Below, in pieces: positions 63,110 through 64,000 of a stretch of 64,000 nucleotides of DNA. How positions within the stretch are numbered: the stretch's first letter is position 1; every line of letters starts with the position of its first letter. The translations under genes and the position numbers were made by a program. The notes below the pieces were generated by a model, which saw only the letters and a list, made by a program, of their open reading frames with translations, was not told where the DNA came from and did no database searches. This DNA is from an uncultured Actinomycetota bacterium (GTDB taxonomy: Bacteria > Actinomycetota > Actinomycetes > Mycobacteriales > Mycobacteriaceae), in NCBI GenBank assembly GCA_963815995.1, contig CAWFIR010000007.1, forward strand, positions 75,064 through 139,063, written 5' to 3'.

Positions 63110-63947
63110 ATGAAACCTTTGATCATCCTGGTTGTGGTGCTCGTTATTGTCGGCCTGATCGTGTTGTCGTTGTCGATCAGAGTGGTGACGCAGTACGAGA
63201 AGGGTGTGTTGTTCCGCCTCGGCAGGGTGGTGGGTGTTAAAGACCCCGGGCTGACCGTCATCATCCCGGTCGTCGATCGGCTGATGAAGGTGTCGCTGCG
63301 AATTGTGACGATGCCAATCCAGTCCCAGGGCATCATCACCCGCGACAACGTCAGCGTCGACATTTCGGCGGTCGCCTACTTCCGAGTCGTCGACGCAGTG
63401 AAATCGGTTATCGCGATCGAGAATGTCCACGCCGCGATCAACCAGATCGCGCAGACCACGCTGCGTAAAGTTGTCGGCCAGCACAGCCTTGACCAGGCGC
63501 TGTCGGAGACCGACACCATTAATGCCGATATCCGGAAGATCCTCGACATCGCAACACTCGAATGGGGTGTCGAAGTGACACTGGTCGAGCTCAAGGACAT
63601 CCAGTTGCCCGACAGCATGAAGCGCGCGATGGCTCGGCAGGCCGAGGCGGAGCGCGAGAAGCGGGCCAAAATCATTGCGGCAGAGGGAGAATCGATGGCC
63701 GCAGCCGCGTTGGGTGAGGCATCGGACACGATGATGGCGCACCCGTTGGCTCTTGCAACTGCGCAATCTGCAAACGCTTGTCGAACTCGGAGTGGAGAAG
63801 AACACCACCATCGTGTTCCCGGCGCCGCTAATGAGTGCGATCGGTGAACTGGGCGCCTTCCTCGCCCGAGAAGGTGCGGCCGCCGCTTCCCCGCTCCAGC
63901 CGGTCACCACCGCGAATGGGGCCGACACGTCAACGCGAACTGGGTAG
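63110..63947 (+). pseudogene. SPFH/stomatin (slipin) family protein, frameshift near 63753
   Basis: N-terminal TM helix, [14 protein letters not shown] and [18 protein letters not shown]; the tail QLRNLQTL...TTIVFP is in the next frame. Confidence 0.88.
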
Positions 63948-64000
63948 CTGCGAGTCGACCAAGGGAGCACCAGACGACATCTGAGGTGATCGGAATGACG

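Overview
High-GC (~67% by eye) mycobacterial chromosome segment, syntenic with M. tuberculosis Rv0169-Rv0217c. It contains the mce1 operon (mce1A 3' part to mce1F, plus four mam genes), lprO, pirin, sigG, a monoglyceride lipase, a RicR/MymT copper module with two operator palindromes, ilvD, an L,D-transpeptidase, zmp1, omamA/B, the mmpL11-hemophore-mmpL3-trmB region, a degenerate dynamin-like pair, pckA and an expanded acyl-CoA catabolic cluster. It ends in an accessory stress/regulatory island (STAS protein, hydrolase, DesA3-like desaturase, small membrane protein, GAF-ANTAR regulator, SPFH protein). About 20 frame breaks split otherwise intact genes and are most likely assembly indels. The most striking unexplained signal is a ~100-125 nt promoter-plus-structured-leader element present in three diverged copies (58780-58905 minus, 61663-61761 minus, 62774-62900 plus). 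The copies show compensatory base-pair changes, and two of them flank the GAF-ANTAR RNA-binding regulator gene. Ortholog names come from recalled protein sequences and gene order, not from a database search.
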